Positions 63,601-64,000 of a stretch of 64,000 bases of DNA are shown piece after piece. The stretch is from Clostridiales bacterium (GTDB lineage Bacteria; Bacillota; Clostridia; Oscillospirales; Oscillospiraceae). Location of the stretch: assembly GCA_004554585.1 (NCBI GenBank), contig SFLH01000008.1, positions 21,178 to 85,177 on the forward strand. Direction: 5' to 3'. The first letter of the stretch is position 1, and every line of letters starts with the position of its first letter. The position numbers were made by a program, and so were the translations under genes. Below the pieces are notes generated by a model. That model was not told where the DNA came from. It saw nothing but the letters and a program-made list of their open reading frames with translations, and did not search any database.

Positions 63601-64000
63601 AAAATGTCACCGGCAATGACGTGTACTACATTCGGGACACCATGCGGGATCAGGACCTGAACACCTACATCCCTCCCGACACGACGCCTTACTATACCAT
63701 CACCGTGAAGGACGCCGAGAACGGCACCGTCACCTGCTACGCCAAGAGCGCCGCCAAGGGTGCTGACGTGACCCTGACCGTGAAGTCCAACGTGGGCTAT
63801 CAGCTGGACAAGCTCACCGTCACCGACGCCAGCGGCAACGTCATTGACGTGGAGAAGGTAAACAACACCACCTACACCTTCGTCATGCCCGGCAGCAAGG
63901 TCACCGTGGAGGCCGTCTTCGCTCCCACCTCCGTGGAGCCCAGCGACCTGCCCTTCACCGACGTGAGCACCAGCGACTGGTTCTACAGCACCGTGCCATG
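60690..64000 (+). CDS. very large cell-surface protein (signal peptide, GLUG-like repeats, right-handed beta-helix/pectate-lyase-like repeats, Ig-like module, start of SLH domain); 3' end outside window
   Basis: Own translation; absent from the track because there is no stop in the window. AAAGGAGGA SD. MKKRVLGLIMALAMALSLFPMTALA; repeated VGG(L/A)(I/L)G and NxTFxxN motifs; ends ...LPFTDVSTSDWFYSTV (SLH start). Confidence 0.85.
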   Translation, partial: MKKRVLGLIMALAMALSLFPMTALAVPMDEAWIDHADTNWYSNNNSASEFTISTAAQLAGLAQLVNEGNNFSGKTITLGANIDLAGKEWTPIGTSGKPFSGTFDGKNFIIYNLVITNPSASDVGLFGYTTKGEIKEFTLKNAKVTGYLDVGAVCGTPYTSKYTNISVTGLIQIKGFAYVGGALGKNAYANITNVDINATAGSYVMADSVDGSTAYRTYVGGLIGFMGEGSHSVSNCDVKIDVIGSTCDVGGILGILHYGNTLTNCTYAGSLTLTNPDADSGDEFGALVGVIHNGGSSSTMTKISDCSATVSKALWGNEDVTSTIMPYGDFYNEVSSTNNIGTVSVNATVNGNTIITDNNVATCNNIGYKSLSAAITAANSVQDTSSSPITVEITKSGNYDPFTITRANVTVQAKEGVTATINISENKAGNVNAGNVTLKNIEFVSKDGTTIFSGGSCDKLKLDGCTFTGNGTGTALYIHQPNITIKGCTFQNFERGYYTCGDNHAAGAMTFTRNTFTNVRVPIDGYWGKPATDDTNIQITNNTFNSGDWDAAYIQLWDYAQYQYWLKGNSSTLNPAGKSAINATIENNTYQGNVVIYATHFDWFSESKLTLGKTSNALVKYRYLVELENAASATVRNADGSEITAFNESTASSSRNGKTVIYSICEGDYIFDIKPAGSTEAVLSQKVTVAKPKANSTNKVTVSEDAANVAQIGNQTYTSLAEALAAAQAGDTVELLSNVEVDTWNQVWNLQGITLDGNGYTLTIKNIASGQNHNAVFHSAGGNTFQDLTIDLSGLESASLAQGSRAFSAAAGDTYKNITILGNKNLSYGMTASGTNVEDETITIDGCTFENCGYGIYDDESGAVENLVITNSSFTGCEYATILRGANSSFTDNTVSGGRLNVMQDGQTVTGNTFTDSSLIKFYANGAQFEQNKISQDSRLDFGDSFTGRLDVSHNYWGGGAPTEEQLGSSENVTGNDVYYIRDTMRDQDLNTYIPPDTTPYYTITVKDAENGTVTCYAKSAAKGADVTLTVKSNVGYQLDKLTVTDASGNVIDVEKVNNTTYTFVMPGSKVTVEAVFAPTSVEPSDLPFTDVSTSDWFYSTVP

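Overview
GC-rich chromosomal segment from what looks like a spore-forming Clostridia genome. That assignment is an inference from yabP-yabQ-divIC-yabR, spoVAC, SLH-domain proteins, Gram-positive SD sites and frequent TTG/GTG starts. Most of the window is housekeeping. This includes pncB-niaR, hpf, ilvB-ilvN-ilvC, panE, an aminopeptidase P, a cell-wall amidase and a LysR/aldehyde dehydrogenase/alcohol dehydrogenase unit. It also includes ilvA, greA, rpsF-ssb-rpsR, aroK, queT, rplU-prp-rpmA-obg, prmA, a thiolase and one tRNA-Val(GAC). Many long ORFs in the track are antisense shadow ORFs typical of high GC and were not called. Two real ORFs run off the window edges and are absent from the track: a minus-strand sensor protein (1-1848) and a plus-strand surface protein (60690-64000).

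Several accessory modules sit between the housekeeping genes:
- An orphan solute-binding protein with a membrane-anchored LuxR regulator, a CxxC protein and a membrane sensor (1-5339).
- A gene-remnant scar (5340-6360).
- An ECF-type sigma / DUF4367-like anti-sigma pair with three copies of one promoter cassette, one inside the sigma ORF, followed by lower-GC exported proteins of unknown function (26453-31768).
- An exported protein with an ABC-2 transporter and a two-component system (37378-41998).
- An XRE-gated five-gene membrane module containing SPFH, RHH and YbjQ proteins (43315-45777).

The best regulatory finds are an Ile/Leu/Val-rich leader peptide attenuator upstream of ilvB, and a 40-nt perfect palindrome acting as combined promoter, operator and terminator after niaR. 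Two regulators also show GGAGG-N8-AUU/AUC with no canonical start. No CRISPR array, rRNA, transposase or integrase was seen.
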